This document shows, piece by piece, positions 1 through 12,045 of a stretch of 64,000 bases of DNA. The stretch is from assembly GCA_010093815.1 (NCBI GenBank), contig ML996566.1, one strand, 5' to 3'. The notes below the pieces were generated by a model. It saw nothing but the letters and a program-made list of their open reading frames with translations, was not told where the DNA came from and did not search any database. Position numbers and translations under genes: made by a program. Source of the DNA: Pseudovirgaria hyperparasitica (lineage: Eukaryota). Numbering within the stretch: the first letter of the stretch is position 1; every line of letters begins with the position of its first letter.

Positions 1-1782
1 GCACAACCTTGATGGCGGGCTCGGCCAGCCCTTTCATCTTCATCCACCACTGTGGCTTCATGAGGGGTTCAACGATATCCTTGCTCTTGCTACAAAGAGG
101 CACTTTCATCGGGTTATCCTTCTTCTCGACAAAAAGATTCTGCTTCGTCAACTCATCGACAACAGTATATCGAGCATCGAATCGCTTCTGGCCAGAGAAC
201 TTGCCAGTATTGTCGTTCATGGTGCCATCGTCATTAAGGATATTAATGAACTCGAGGTTGTGTCGCATTCCGATGGCAAAATCGTTAGGGTCGTGGGCAG
301 GCGTGATCTTAACAGCACCGGTACCGAACTCAGGGTCAACGTAGTCGTCACCAATGATCGGCAGCAGGCGGTCAACGAAGGGATGTTTAACTTTCTTTCC
401 AAGAAGGTGCTTGTGCCTCTCGTCGTTGGGATGTACAGCAATAGCAGTATCTCCAAGCATCGTCTCTGGACGCGTAGTCGCAACGACGATGAACTCATCC
501 GTCCCCTCAATCGGGTACTTAAAGAGAGTGAGCACCCCAAATTCCACTTTACGTTCGTAACCTGGCACTTCTAGGAGCGTCCGACCGCTGAGCTCTTTAT
601 TATCAACCTCGAGATTTGATAACGTAGTGTTTAGCTTAGTACACCAATTCACGAGGCGGTTTGCTCGGTAAATGAGGCCCTCTTCATGCATCCGGACGAA
701 TGTTTCGGTAACAGCTTCGGAAAGATTCTGGTCCATGGTAAAGGCGACGCGGGTCCAGTCAAAGCTGCCGCCCATCCGCTTCAGCACGCGGTGAATGCTG
801 GCTTGATATTCCTCCTTCCAGTCCATAGTCACCTCGAGAAACTTGGGGCGGCCAAGGTCCATCCGCGTCAACTTTTGTGTTCGCCACAACATGTTCTCCA
901 CCACGCTTTGTGTCGAGATACTCGCATGATCGGATCCGGGAAGATGTAGTGTGGTGAAGCCTCTCATCCTATACCAACGAGCAAGGAGGTCCTGAAGGGC
1001 AGTGGCGAGCGCGTGTCCACTGATGCAGAATTAGAATGGACAAGAACGCATGCAGGGTGTATTCACCAGTGAAGCTTCCCGGTGATATTGGGAGGTGGTA
1101 TGGGCAGTACAAAGCTGCCTGCCGGCTTGACCTTGCCATCGACAAGCTCAGGCTTGAAGAAGCCCTCCTTCTCCCACCACTCGGACCAAGCACTCTCAAC
1201 GACCTTGGGAATATACGCCTTGTGAAACGGGTCATCCAAGCTCTTGAGAATCTTCTTCTCTCCTAGCTCTGTCTCCTCCACATACTCTGGCAGGACCTCC
1301 GCTTCCTTTTTCTTCTTCTCCTTGGGCGCAGCTTTTGCGGCATCTTTGCTGCTGCCGGAGGCTTGCGCTGCCTTCTTCGCCTTGAACTTTGCGTCCTTCT
1401 CGGCCTTCTTGCGCTCCTTTTCTAGCTCCTTTTCGGTCTTAACTTCCTTGCCCACGTCTTTCTCGCCGCCGTCGCGGCGCAGCGCCGACTGGCCTGTTGC
1501 ATCCGTGTTGGCGTTCCCTAGCAGAGCATCCTTCGTCTCGTCGCTTAGGCTTGGAAGAGGGCCAGTGGCGGGCCCAGTCTTTTCACCCGCAACGTTATGT
1601 GGGGCGCCGTTTAGCGCCATAGTGGTCGTGTAAGACCTGCACAGGGAAGCCGGGGTGCGGTACTGAAGTCGGTGGGAGGTTAGACCGGGCCGCGATGAGC
1701 GGGCGAAGGCTCGTTGTAGATGGTACCGGGCAAGTGAGTTAGAAGTAAGACAGCGCAGAGGACACACTCGAATAGACAGCAT
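1..1782 (-). CDS. VAS1: Valyl-tRNA synthetase, 5' part (runs off window start); exon 1782-1067, intron 1066-1020, exon 1019-<1
   Basis: [15 protein letters not shown] class I HIGH motif restored by removing a 47-bp GTGAAT..CTAAT..CAG intron. It is followed by [16 protein letters not shown] and [16 protein letters not shown]. There is a Lys/Glu-rich N-terminal extension and an Arg/Ser/Leu-rich leader before a second ATG at 1620. Confidence 0.95.
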
Positions 1783-1929
1783 ACATACGTTCTAAACATT
1801 GAGAGGTGTGTACTTGGAAGCTGCAACTCTGAGTCACGTCTTTCCACGATCAATTTGCCCTCTCCGGAGAATACCCGAGCAGTGGCATTATCCATAAAAT
1901 CTTTTCACGAAATCTCCGGCACTCTGCAT

Positions 1930-2660
1930 CCATATCTGCCCGGGTATGTTATACCACACGTCCTTCACCTGTCACTTTATATTATCTCTCTGCAATCGAT
2001 TTGTATGACTCTGAGCTGCCACCTGTTCGAATAAGTCCTTCATCTTATCCCATATCCTTTCAATTCTGTTCAAATCCGGACTATTCGAAGGCCAGTCCAC
2101 AGTGTTTATCATCCCATTGTGACGTGTACGAGCTCGGGCAGCGAAACGACATGCCTTGACGTGGGGAGGGGTATTGACTTGTCTTCGACAATATAGACAG
2201 TCCTTCCTACTGAGTCATTAGCCATAAGTCTCACTAGAGAAGGAGAGCAACTTCACCTGTCAACCTCGAAATCTCTTCTGCCCACGGGTATAGCAAACGC
2301 TTGAGGATAAGCTCTCCTTAACGGAGGCAATCAATGCCGCCGGTCGTTTTTTCGCCTCTTTCTGCCCTCTCTGTTTTGAATTCTCACTCAGGTCGTCGTA
2401 ACCGACGAGGATAGCCTGATGGCAGGGGATCATCACGATCTAAACGCCTCACGTTTGCGTTTATCTCTTGAAAAGCGCGATGCTCTTGGGTGCCTGGCTG
2501 ACGAGCTCGGTGACGTAGTTTGTTCTCTATCCTCTCATTCTTCCTGTTCTCTGCTGCTAACAACAACGTGTTTCCTGCCTTCTCTACTGGTTTTGCCTTC
2601 TCCCAGATATGGCAGGGCCTTGGGCCAAATCCTTCACAGCTTGCCCCCAAAACATGACAC
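1930..2660 (-). mobile_element. Degenerate Tc1/mariner (IS630-Tc1) DDE transposase relic
   Basis: Minus-strand translation across frameshifts: VMFWG/ASCEGFGPRPCHIWEK ... VYIVED/NTPPH ... DWPSNSPDLNRIERIWDKMK, matching the Tc1 'DNAPxH' and 'WPxxSPDLNPIE' motifs. No TIRs identified; boundaries approximate. Confidence 0.8.
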
Positions 2661-2661
2661 T

Positions 2662-3225
2662 TTAGGCTTGCGTCTACATATTATATAACTTCTTAGTATT
2701 ATAGTAGATAAGGGCCTTATCTTTAAACGCGGTAAAAGCTTTCTTACTATAGTATGAAATAAAGCAGACTAGATTCCGTTAGAGTAGGGAAATGTACTAG
2801 CTACGGCAGGCTGCGGAGGGCATGGCACATGTGCATAGCAAGGGCATAGTCCATGCTGATGTCAGATGTCATAACATGATTATAAAAAGAGAGACGTCAT
2901 GATCATCGACCTTTAGGGCTGCAGTGTTGACGACGGAGAAGAACCAGGAGCTTGTTATGAGTGGTTAAGTTACAAAGTATTCGACGACAGCCAATCAGCC
3001 GCCAAACTGATATCTTCGCATTTAGCTGCGCGATATAGGGAATTATAACTAGTAAATACCCACACCACGAGCTTTCAGCGTCTGGAGATGAATCGCGGCT
3101 TTCCAGATAACTCTATGCCGAGAATCGGTTTCCGAGAGTCGAAAATGTGCCGCTAGGGAGTTTGATAGAGGTTTGTTGGCGTGGAACTCTCGGTTCTCTA
3201 AGCCAAGTCGTGCAAGAGCTAGGAG
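2662..3225 (+). pseudogene. Protein kinase-like pseudogene
   Basis: LRQAAEGMAHVHSKGIVHADVRCHN (catalytic loop), VMIIDL*GCSVD, TDIFAFSCAI*GIITSKYPHHEL and LYAENRFPRVENVPLGSLIEVCWRG, with several stops and frameshifts. The 5' part is TA-enriched. Confidence 0.8.
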
Positions 3226-4455
3226 CTAGTATAGTTGGCCAGTTCAAGGAAGTTCTAACTCCAGACTGTGGTAACGATGTACTGCTCTGAGGTTCTGAGA
3301 TCCTGGAGTGTTGCAGAGTGCCTTTCAGGCTGTTTAACTTCTTCGCAGAAATCATTCTATTTTGTTAGTGAATGATTATCTTAGAGAAAATAGGTAGTAT
3401 AGGTTACATCCTCATAGTGCTCCAGCTCAACTGATATTCCTGGATCTCGATAGAGCTTCCATGAGGCGTGTCGGGTAGAAAGGTTGGTGTGTTCCAAGAG
3501 ATGAATCGAAACGCGGAGACATCTAGCGCAGCGCGGTCCTAGCTTAGGAGAGACTGCACACCGCTTGCGAAGACATTGTACTATCCTATGTCTGACATTG
3601 AGGATGTGAACCCTCTTGCTGTAGTATGGGTGTACATTGTCGAAGATATTTTGAGAATAGGATGTGCTTCAATGAGAGAACAGAGTATACTTTGAGAACA
3701 TTTGAGTGAATACTACCGCAAGACATATGTGTCTCTGTACCGTTCACACATTCCATGCTTTGTCGCACCCGTGTGGCTCGCCACGTCGGCATTTCACCCG
3801 GAAGAATGTTGTTGCCTGTCGTTTAAAACATTGTGTATACATGGAGCGTCAAGGGGCGTTACAGGCACCCTATATGCCAGCGCGTACCTTCCGCGCTCTA
3901 GCATTGTCTTAGTCTAGAGATCTAGCGTTAGTCCAAATCCAGCTGATCGAATTCTTACACTTGTTGAGCTTGGGAAACTTGTGAAACGTATTAGTATACT
4001 AAAGGTGTATATAAAATAAGTGTAATCTATAAGAGATAGTATATAGTAGTCTAAAACTATAGAGTTATAAATGACTTAAAGTAGCTCCTTAAAGAAGGAG
4101 CTATTATAGACTTTGGCTTTACCTAATACTATTTACTATATAATACACACTTATACTAGAACTAGAAAGATATAGAGACAGTAAGAAGATACTAGTCTAG
4201 CCTTGTCTATTAGATTCTATAATAATAATAATAATATTAGTAAACTAGGTAGAGTACCACTCTATAGGCGCATGCCTCCTCTAGTCTAAGCTACTATATA
4301 AGAAGAAACCTATAAATAGGAAAAACTCCCTTATATCTATGACTACGCTCTATCTATCCTCTCGTTCTTTATATATATATAGCCCTAGGGGCTACCTATA
4401 GGCCTATAGCCTATATTATAATAGTTTACCCTTAGATAGCACGTATAGATGCGGA

Positions 4456-4490
4456 GATTATTAGTTAAGGGCTACCCTTAACTAATAATC
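4456..4490. repeat. Perfect hairpin (16-bp stem, CTA loop) in the LINE 3' UTR
   Basis: GATTATTAGTTAAGGG-CTA-CCCTTAACTAATAATC. Confidence 0.9.
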
Positions 4491-4699
4491 GCGGTTCTCC
4501 CGGGGTTCTTCCGACGTATACCGGGGTTCTTCTAGTATATATCGGGCTTCTTCCGGTATATATACGCGGGTCTACTAGAACTAGGGGAGAGGAAGGTATA
4601 TAAGCATCTATCGGGCAACGTCCTTAGGGTACTTATTAAGCTATCGCGTAATATTAGAGGTCCTCGTTATACGGACGAGGGCTTATCTTAGGGTATAGA

Positions 4700-6032
4700 G
4701 GCTAGAGTACGTCGCGAGGTAGTGGCGTATTATACCTCTCTAGCTATAGTCCTCGTACTAGGGAGATATATCTAGAACGCCTCTCTAGTAGAGATAATAT
4801 AGAAGACCTATAGCGCCTATTTAGGCTTAGAGGAGTATAGATGCTTAGGCCTTCGTTAGCCCTTTATATATCTATTTACTTAGTTCCTTCTAAGGCCCTC
4901 GGATCTATTCTAGATATCTATTCTATTAGGAGGCCCACTAGGCTTTAAGTATCTCCCTCTATTTATCCTAGATCTATAACCGTATAACGCGGCTAAGCTT
5001 CTTAGGGCTCTATTAGCTTAGGACGGCATCTAGATTATTTTAAACCTTCTACGCGGTCTAGCTCGAGTCCGCCTCTATATAGTATTTATATTATACTTAA
5101 GTTCGTTCTATAGTAGGGAGGGCCTAGTAATATACGTAGATATATATACGTAGTACGGCGAAGGTATATACCCTATCTTCTCTACGTTCTTATACTTATT
5201 ATTTAGTAAAGTATATAAGTCTCTATATCTAGTAGAAGTTCTATATACTTATTACGTTTATCTCGCGTTAGAGGAGCGTTATATTAGTAGCTTTATATAT
5301 ACTAGAGATAAGGCGGAGTATATAGTTTTATATAGACTTAAGCTTTACTCGCTAAGCTTATATAAGGGCTATATACTAGTACTTATATCCGTATATAAAG
5401 GCCGGGCGTACTAGGGAGACGTATAGCTATCTCGCCTTATCCCGGGCTATTCCCTACGTAGATACCGTAATCCGGCGTATAGCAGTTTCTACCTAGAGGG
5501 CTCTAGAGACGGCGTGTGCTACCTATAGTCCCTATTTTAGCTTATTATCGATTATAACGCCGAGTGCGCGTATACTCTATACTAGTAGTTCTATAAAGGC
5601 GTCGATTTAGGGGTAACGTGCCCCCTCTCTAGTAGTCTATCCTCTATAGCGGTTAATAAAGTATATAAGCTAGTATTTTTTAGGTGTGAATTTTACTCCG
5701 TGGCGCTTTACCTACTAGACGTATTTCTCGTGGTCTCGTTCGAGTCGTATATATATTCTACTAGTACTACTATTGACCGCGAGAAGGTATATATCGTCCG
5801 CGTATCTAACTACCTCTATATATTCTATTCTCTAAAGGAGGTCTACTATAAAGAAGAGGAAGAGGATCGGGGAGATAGTACTCCCTTACGGGATGCTATA
5901 TACTATCTCCTTATATTCGCTTCGGTATCCGGGGATATATATTTAAGTAGTTCTTTACGCGAGGAAGGACTATATAAATTATATAATCTACTTAGGTATT
6001 CGCCTTATCCGGAGGTTATGGATAAGTCTTAT
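4700..6032 (-). pseudogene. LINE ORF2 3' half: reverse transcriptase core and C-terminus
   Basis: RLIHNLRxRRIP, (G)IP(Q)GSTISPILFLFF, and YADD at ~5793-5804. The frame is continuous with the 14081 side once the Gypsy and one TSD copy are removed. The 3' boundary is approximate. Confidence 0.85.
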
Positions 6033-6270
6033 TATTAGGACGGGAACTACAACGGACCTATATAGACTATTCTAATCCATGCAGCCACGTAGTGGCCAGA
6101 GCTAGGTTAAGTTAGCTAAGTTAAGCGAGGTCACTATATAAGTGGACCGTATAAACCGATTCCTACTCGTTAGGAATTAACCTCGTATAAGAGTAAGATT
6201 ACTCTATAAATATATTCCTATATCTCTCTATAAACTATTAGACTACTATCCCACGTCTTTACTCTTTATA
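6033..6270 (+). repeat. 5' LTR
   Basis: Direct repeat of 13838-14075. Termini TAT...ATA are consistent with RIP-mutated TGT...ACA. Confidence 0.95.
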
Positions 6271-6311
6271 TTTTAATTCCTCTCTATATAGCACGATGGT
6301 AGCTTATAGAG

Positions 6312-7694
6312 ATAGCTCCTACTACGCGCTATAATACCCGTGGCACTACCTTATATAAGAGACTCTCTCTAAATCTAAACGAAGAGAATAGTCTCTCTAC
6401 GACCACCTCTACTAATAAGCACACTCTATAGGCTATCGTACTAATAACTAGTATAGTATTCCGTATAACTGTGGAAGATTACCTAGATAATAAGGAAGGA
6501 GTCCATTATACTCCATCGCGGTCTAGTTTATACTATACTAGACCTATCCTTACTATAAGACTAGACCCTATTAACGTTAATGAATTAATTCGTTAGAACC
6601 GACTAACGTTAACCACGCCTTATAATAACGTGTATACTAAGCTACACGTAGAGAGGTAGCGTTAGGCTTAGCTCGAGTAGTAACTTCGCGAACTTAATAA
6701 AGCGTAAGGATGAACCGCTAGACTCGAAGCCATACTACGCGCTTTAGTGCTAGTAGTAACTAATCTATACTAATATAGATTAACTTAAGCCGAAATAGTC
6801 TAACTAAGTCTATTACTATCCTAGTTACCTCGGCCTAAGAAACTACCTTACTTCGATGGTAAAACTAGGAGGAGCTTTTACGAATAGGCTTACTAGTATA
6901 GCCGATTCTTCCACCTATTCACGAATAATAGTAATAAGATTAGGTTCGTATAGAACTATCTAGATCTAACGCTATCTGAACGTTAGATAGTATATCGAAT
7001 TAAACACCCTAAGGATATATATAACTAGGACACGTTCACCGAATTCCTTCTTTAATACTTCGGCGATAGAGCCGAGCGACGCGAATAGGCTTAGAGCTAT
7101 ATCTTTAAGACTTAATAGTAAGAGAGATAATCCCCGTTATAACTCCTTAAATACCTCCGACCTCTTTAGAGAGAAGCCGAGGAAGATTATATAGTTCGAT
7201 AATATAACGACTTTAAAAGGTCTCTTAACCCGAGCGTAAAGAAACGTATTAACCTTATAACGTCTATCTCTACTAACCTTTAGGCACTCGCGAATCTTAT
7301 AGAACGACATTAGCGTATAATAAATAACTAACGTTGTATAGACGCACGACTATCCCTATTAATCTAATCCGATATAAAATCGTCTAAAGAGGACCGGTTT
7401 AGTAATAGATCACGCGGAACACCTCGTGGGCGCTACTACTCTACGAACTCGAGAAGACGAGGCCCGTACCGCGGATCTTTCTACTAGTCGATATATCGAG
7501 ACGCGAGAAACGACTTATATAAATAACCTAAAGTTACCTACTACACCTATAGTAGAATAGGCTATATAGTACCCGAGTACCGCTTAGGGAAACCACTAAA
7601 TACTAATATAGATACTAAGTTAGTCATATACTATAAGTACTAGTAGCTAGGATATATCGCGCCTAACTACCTAGTACACGATATAAAAAACTAA
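6312..7694 (+). pseudogene. Gypsy gag (RIP-destroyed) with two CCHC zinc knuckles
   Basis: ATA (ex-ATG) at 6312 is in frame with TAA at 7692-7694. Reverted knuckles TCYTCGRIGHIAPEC (~7537) and ICYKCQQPGHIAPNC (~7626). Confidence 0.8.
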
Positions 7695-10600
7695 CTATCT
7701 ATAAGGAACCCTTGCGACTTATAGACGTAACCGAAATAGAGGAATAACTAGCTAACTAGTATATCGAACTATAGGCTAGGCCTATTAAGGTCCCTTATAG
7801 ATAATATTAGACTATAATACTCGATAGCGGTTTAGCTACTAACGTTATATCGACTTAATAAGCACGAGAACTTAACGTCGATATTTAAGTACTAATAGAT
7901 GCTACCTTCTATGGTATCGACGGTCCTATTAAATCGTAGGGTACCTATACTATTAAATACGGTATCTAGGATAGCGGGGGGAAGTAGAAACCCTACTACT
8001 TAACCTTTATCGTGGTAGATAGTCCCTTTAATATGATCCTCGGTATACCGTAGCTCGAAAAATATAACCCGAAACTAGACTTTATCTAGAAAATAGCTAG
8101 CTGGCGCATATACTTACTATAATAGAACCTAGTATAGCTAGTCGACGACGAATAATTCTAGAAGAACTACGAAAAGGTAATCTCCGCTATCTACGTCCTC
8201 TTACTTACTTAAAATAGAGAGCTTAGTATTAAAGTAGACGAAAACCTACTATATTAGTATAAAATATACTAATATATCGCGTTAGTAATCGACTCGTCCA
8301 AATTACCTTAATACTAATCTACCGACCTTACTATTAACCTCGAAGATAGTTAATAACCCCTATACGGACCCATCTACCCTCTATTAGAACCCGAGCTATA
8401 GGTCCTCCGAGAATATATCGAAAAGAACCTTACATAAGGATAGATTAGGCCTAGTATATCTCTAGCCGGAGCTCTAATCCTCTTTATAAAGAAGAAGGAT
8501 AGGAGTCTCCGTCTATATATCGACTACTATAGCCTAAATAATATTACGCGAAAGAATCGTTACCTACTACCTCTTATCTCCGAGTCTATTAATAGACTAG
8601 GGCGTATAAAGATCTTTACTAAGCTCGATCTACGCGACGTCTACTACCGCCTACGTATTAAGAAGGGCGATAAGTAGAAAACGGCGTTTAGGACCCGTTA
8701 TAGATACTTTAAGTATATAGTAGTCCCTTTTAGACTAACTAATATACTAGAAACCTTCTAAGCGTATATTAATAACGCGCTAGTAGGTCTACTCGATATG
8801 ACGTGTATCGTATACCTTAATAATATCCTTATCTTCTCTAATAATAAAGAAGAACATATCTAGCACGTACGCGTAGTCCTAGATAGGCTAGAAAAATATA
8901 AGCTATATATTAAGCTATCTAAATGCGAGTTCCACTAGGACTATATTAACTTCCTTAGCTTCGTTATTACTAATTAAGGTATAACCATAGAAAGGGATAG
9001 GGTCGCTACTATTATAGACTAGCCTAAACTAAAATCGGTTCGAGACATACGTATCTTTATTAGATTTACTAATTACTACTAAAAATTCGTTAAGTATTTC
9101 TCCTGGCTAGTAGTACCGCTTAACGCGCGTACTACTACCATAGATTCGTCTATTACGGTCCGCGGTAGATAGAAATAGTATAATATTAAATCGTAGCCTA
9201 TAGAATTATCAGAAGGCGAAAGGGCCTCCTTCGAGAAAATTAAAGAGGCATTTATAACTACCCTATTACTAGTGTACTTTAACCCGACTAAACCTATCCA
9301 CGTTAAAACCGACGCGTTAGGATTTATAATCTTAGGTATTCTCTCCTAGCCTAGACTAACTAAGTCTAAAAAGGTCTAATAGTATCTAGTTACGTTCTTC
9401 TTACGTAAAATAGTCGATATTAAGACTAGATATACTATCTATAACTAAGAGCTACTAGTAATAGTAGAGTCGTTTAAATAGTAGCGATATTATCTTAAAG
9501 ATGCCATGTATAACGTTGAGTTACTAACTAATTACTATAACTTAAAGGGGTTTATAAGCACGACGGTTTTAAACCGTTAATAGGTCTAATAGGCTAAGTA
9601 GCTTGCGAACTTTCACTTTATAATCTACCATCGACCTAGAAGTATAAACCTAGCTAATAGAATATTAAGAAGACCTAACTATAAAGAAGGCGCCTAGGAT
9701 TATAGTAGCTATAGGGTCCTAGAGTAGCTATAGGCCTAACTCTTAAGGACGAGGTTAGATTTTAAGTTATTAGGCGATTAGCGAGATGCTAACGTTAATA
9801 CCGGTAATCGAATCTCTAAGACCGAAGCTAGTAACTAAAGACGCGGTACTAAAGTCCCTAGTAGACCGTTTATTAGCGCTATCGGGAAGGGCGATAATAC
9901 CCGGCGTGAATATCTAATTAACCTCGCCTAGTTAATTATAGATCTATAGAAGATAGACCCGATAGTTTTAAAGTTACGTAAAATATAATAAGATAGATTA
10001 TTACGGACTAAAGTAGACTATAAGTAGACCTTCGTGGACGGCTTACTTTACTATAATAGAAAGTACTATATACTAATAGGTAACGCGCGATTTAACGTAG
10101 TTAGCTAATACCATAACGCTAACCTAGTAGGATACTTTAGGTATATACGTACCCTAAGCTTAATTCATTAGTACTATTTTTAGAAAGATATACCTAAGTA
10201 CGTTAAAGAATAGATAGCTACTTATCCGATTTATTAAAGAACGAAGGCCCCTAGGCACAAGCCATATAGGAATTTATAGCCTCTTTCAGCCCCCCTCTTT
10301 ATGTAGGAAGACGTTACTATAGACTTTATAGTTAACTTACCTCTAAGCGAGATACTTAGAATAAGTTATAATTCTATTCTTATTATCGTGGATAGACTTA
10401 TAAAGATATCTAGGTATATCCTAGTGTGGAAGACGATTACATCTAAAGAACTAGCGTAGGTGTTCTAGAACGAGATTATTAAGGTCCATAGTATACTAAA
10501 AAGGATCGTTACGGACCGAGGAAGTACCTTCACGTCTAAATTCTAGATGTTATTCTATAAAATAGTAAGCATGAATAGAAATATATCTATAGTATTTTAT

Positions 10601-11461
10601 CCTTAGACGGATAGCTAGATAGAGTAATAGAACTAGACGCTCGAGGCCTACCTACGCGCATTCTATAATTTTAAGTAGGACGACTAGGCCTCCCTACTAA
10701 GTATAGTAGAGTTTATATATAATAATAGTTATTATAGTATAATAGGTATTATACCTTTCTAGGCGAACCTCGGACGTAGTCTAAGGATAGATTTTAAGTC
10801 TTAGACGGTCTAATTTAATTAAATAATAGACGTAAACGTCCACGCTTAGGAATTAGCGATTAAAATCTTCGAAACCGTACGTAACTATCACGCTATAATC
10901 TAATAAGTAAACGACTCGTATACGAAGTACTATAATAGGTTAGCTAAGGATTAGACGTACGAGGAGGGCGATAAGGTCCTTCTTAATATCCGTAATATAC
11001 GAACGTCGTAAGTAAATAAGAAGCTCGATTATAAAATGGCTAGTCCCTTCCGAATCAAACGTCGTATCGGTATAAGAGTCTACGAGCTCGACTTAGGAAG
11101 TAACATAAGAATCTATAATATATTCCACGTCTTACTACTTAAAAGATTTCGACCTAACGTATATAGCCGCACGAACGTATAGTTATACTCTATTATACCC
11201 TAAGATAGACTAGACGTGTTTGAAGTAGACTATATTATCGAACATAGGATCGATAAAGACGGTGTTTAGAAATATAGAATCCGTTAGAAGGACTATACTA
11301 AGGATAAGAATACCTAGGAACCAGCGGTATATATCTTAAGTTCTATAATAGCTACGTATAAGTAAAAGATATAGAATAGCGTATTATTAATATAAGTATA
11401 GCGACGTCGCGGTCGTCGTAAAAAGAAGAAGAATACCATAGAGAACGAAGTACTAAACTAG
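7685..11461 (+). pseudogene. Gypsy pol: protease, RT, RNase H, integrase, chromodomain (RIP-destroyed)
   Basis: ILDSG (~7818); PxYGPIYPLxEPEL; KKKDxSLR; YLNN = ex-YLDD (~8812); VxTDAxGF (~9302); IVTDRGSTFTS (~10505); FxP*TDx*xE; xPF (~11042); chromodomain FEVDxIIEHR..YRIR*KDYTKDxNT*EP (~11219-11323). The end is approximate. Confidence 0.9.
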
Positions 11462-12045
11462 GAAATCCAGACGCGCACTAGGAAAACTCTATATAGTAGC
11501 CCCATAATTTAAGCATCGTATGGTTACTAGACGCGAAGAAAGCGTAAATAACCATTTTAGGAACGCGACGCGATATACTATAATAGAATAATATAGAAGA
11601 GTCTAGAATAGACTAATATAGACTATTATATACGAGAAAAACATAGGACTAAGAATCTAAAAAAAGGTACCCTACCATAGAATTAAACTCTTAATACGAA
11701 ATATAAAAGGTTAGAGTACCCGAACTAATAACTACTAGGCCACTAGTTTAGGTACTCTAATGGAATTCATAGAGATAAACTAATTTATATGCGGTGCCTA
11801 CACTTAGGTGACTTAAGGAAAATTAGAATATAGAAACCGATAGTTATAAGCTAAGCGAGCGTACACATAATATCGTTAAGTTAAGAATTAAATTACTAGA
11901 AACTAGCCGATAGGTATCTAAACGGTCTAAAAAGGACTAAAATGGATAAAAGCCAGGTAAATAGAGCCGGCGCGCACCACCTATAGTAGATCCAGAATAT
12001 ATAGAGCTAGGCATAGAACTAATATATAGAGCTAGAACCATAGAG

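Noticed and set aside
5700..6038. 112-aa plus-strand ORF and other short ORFs in the AT-rich block (14457-14690, 16580-16774)
   Set aside because: Antisense shadows of RIP-mutated LINE ORFs.
6271..6295. tRNA primer-binding site after the 5' LTR
   Set aside because: No TGG-type PBS is visible. RIP or self-priming could explain this, so none is called.
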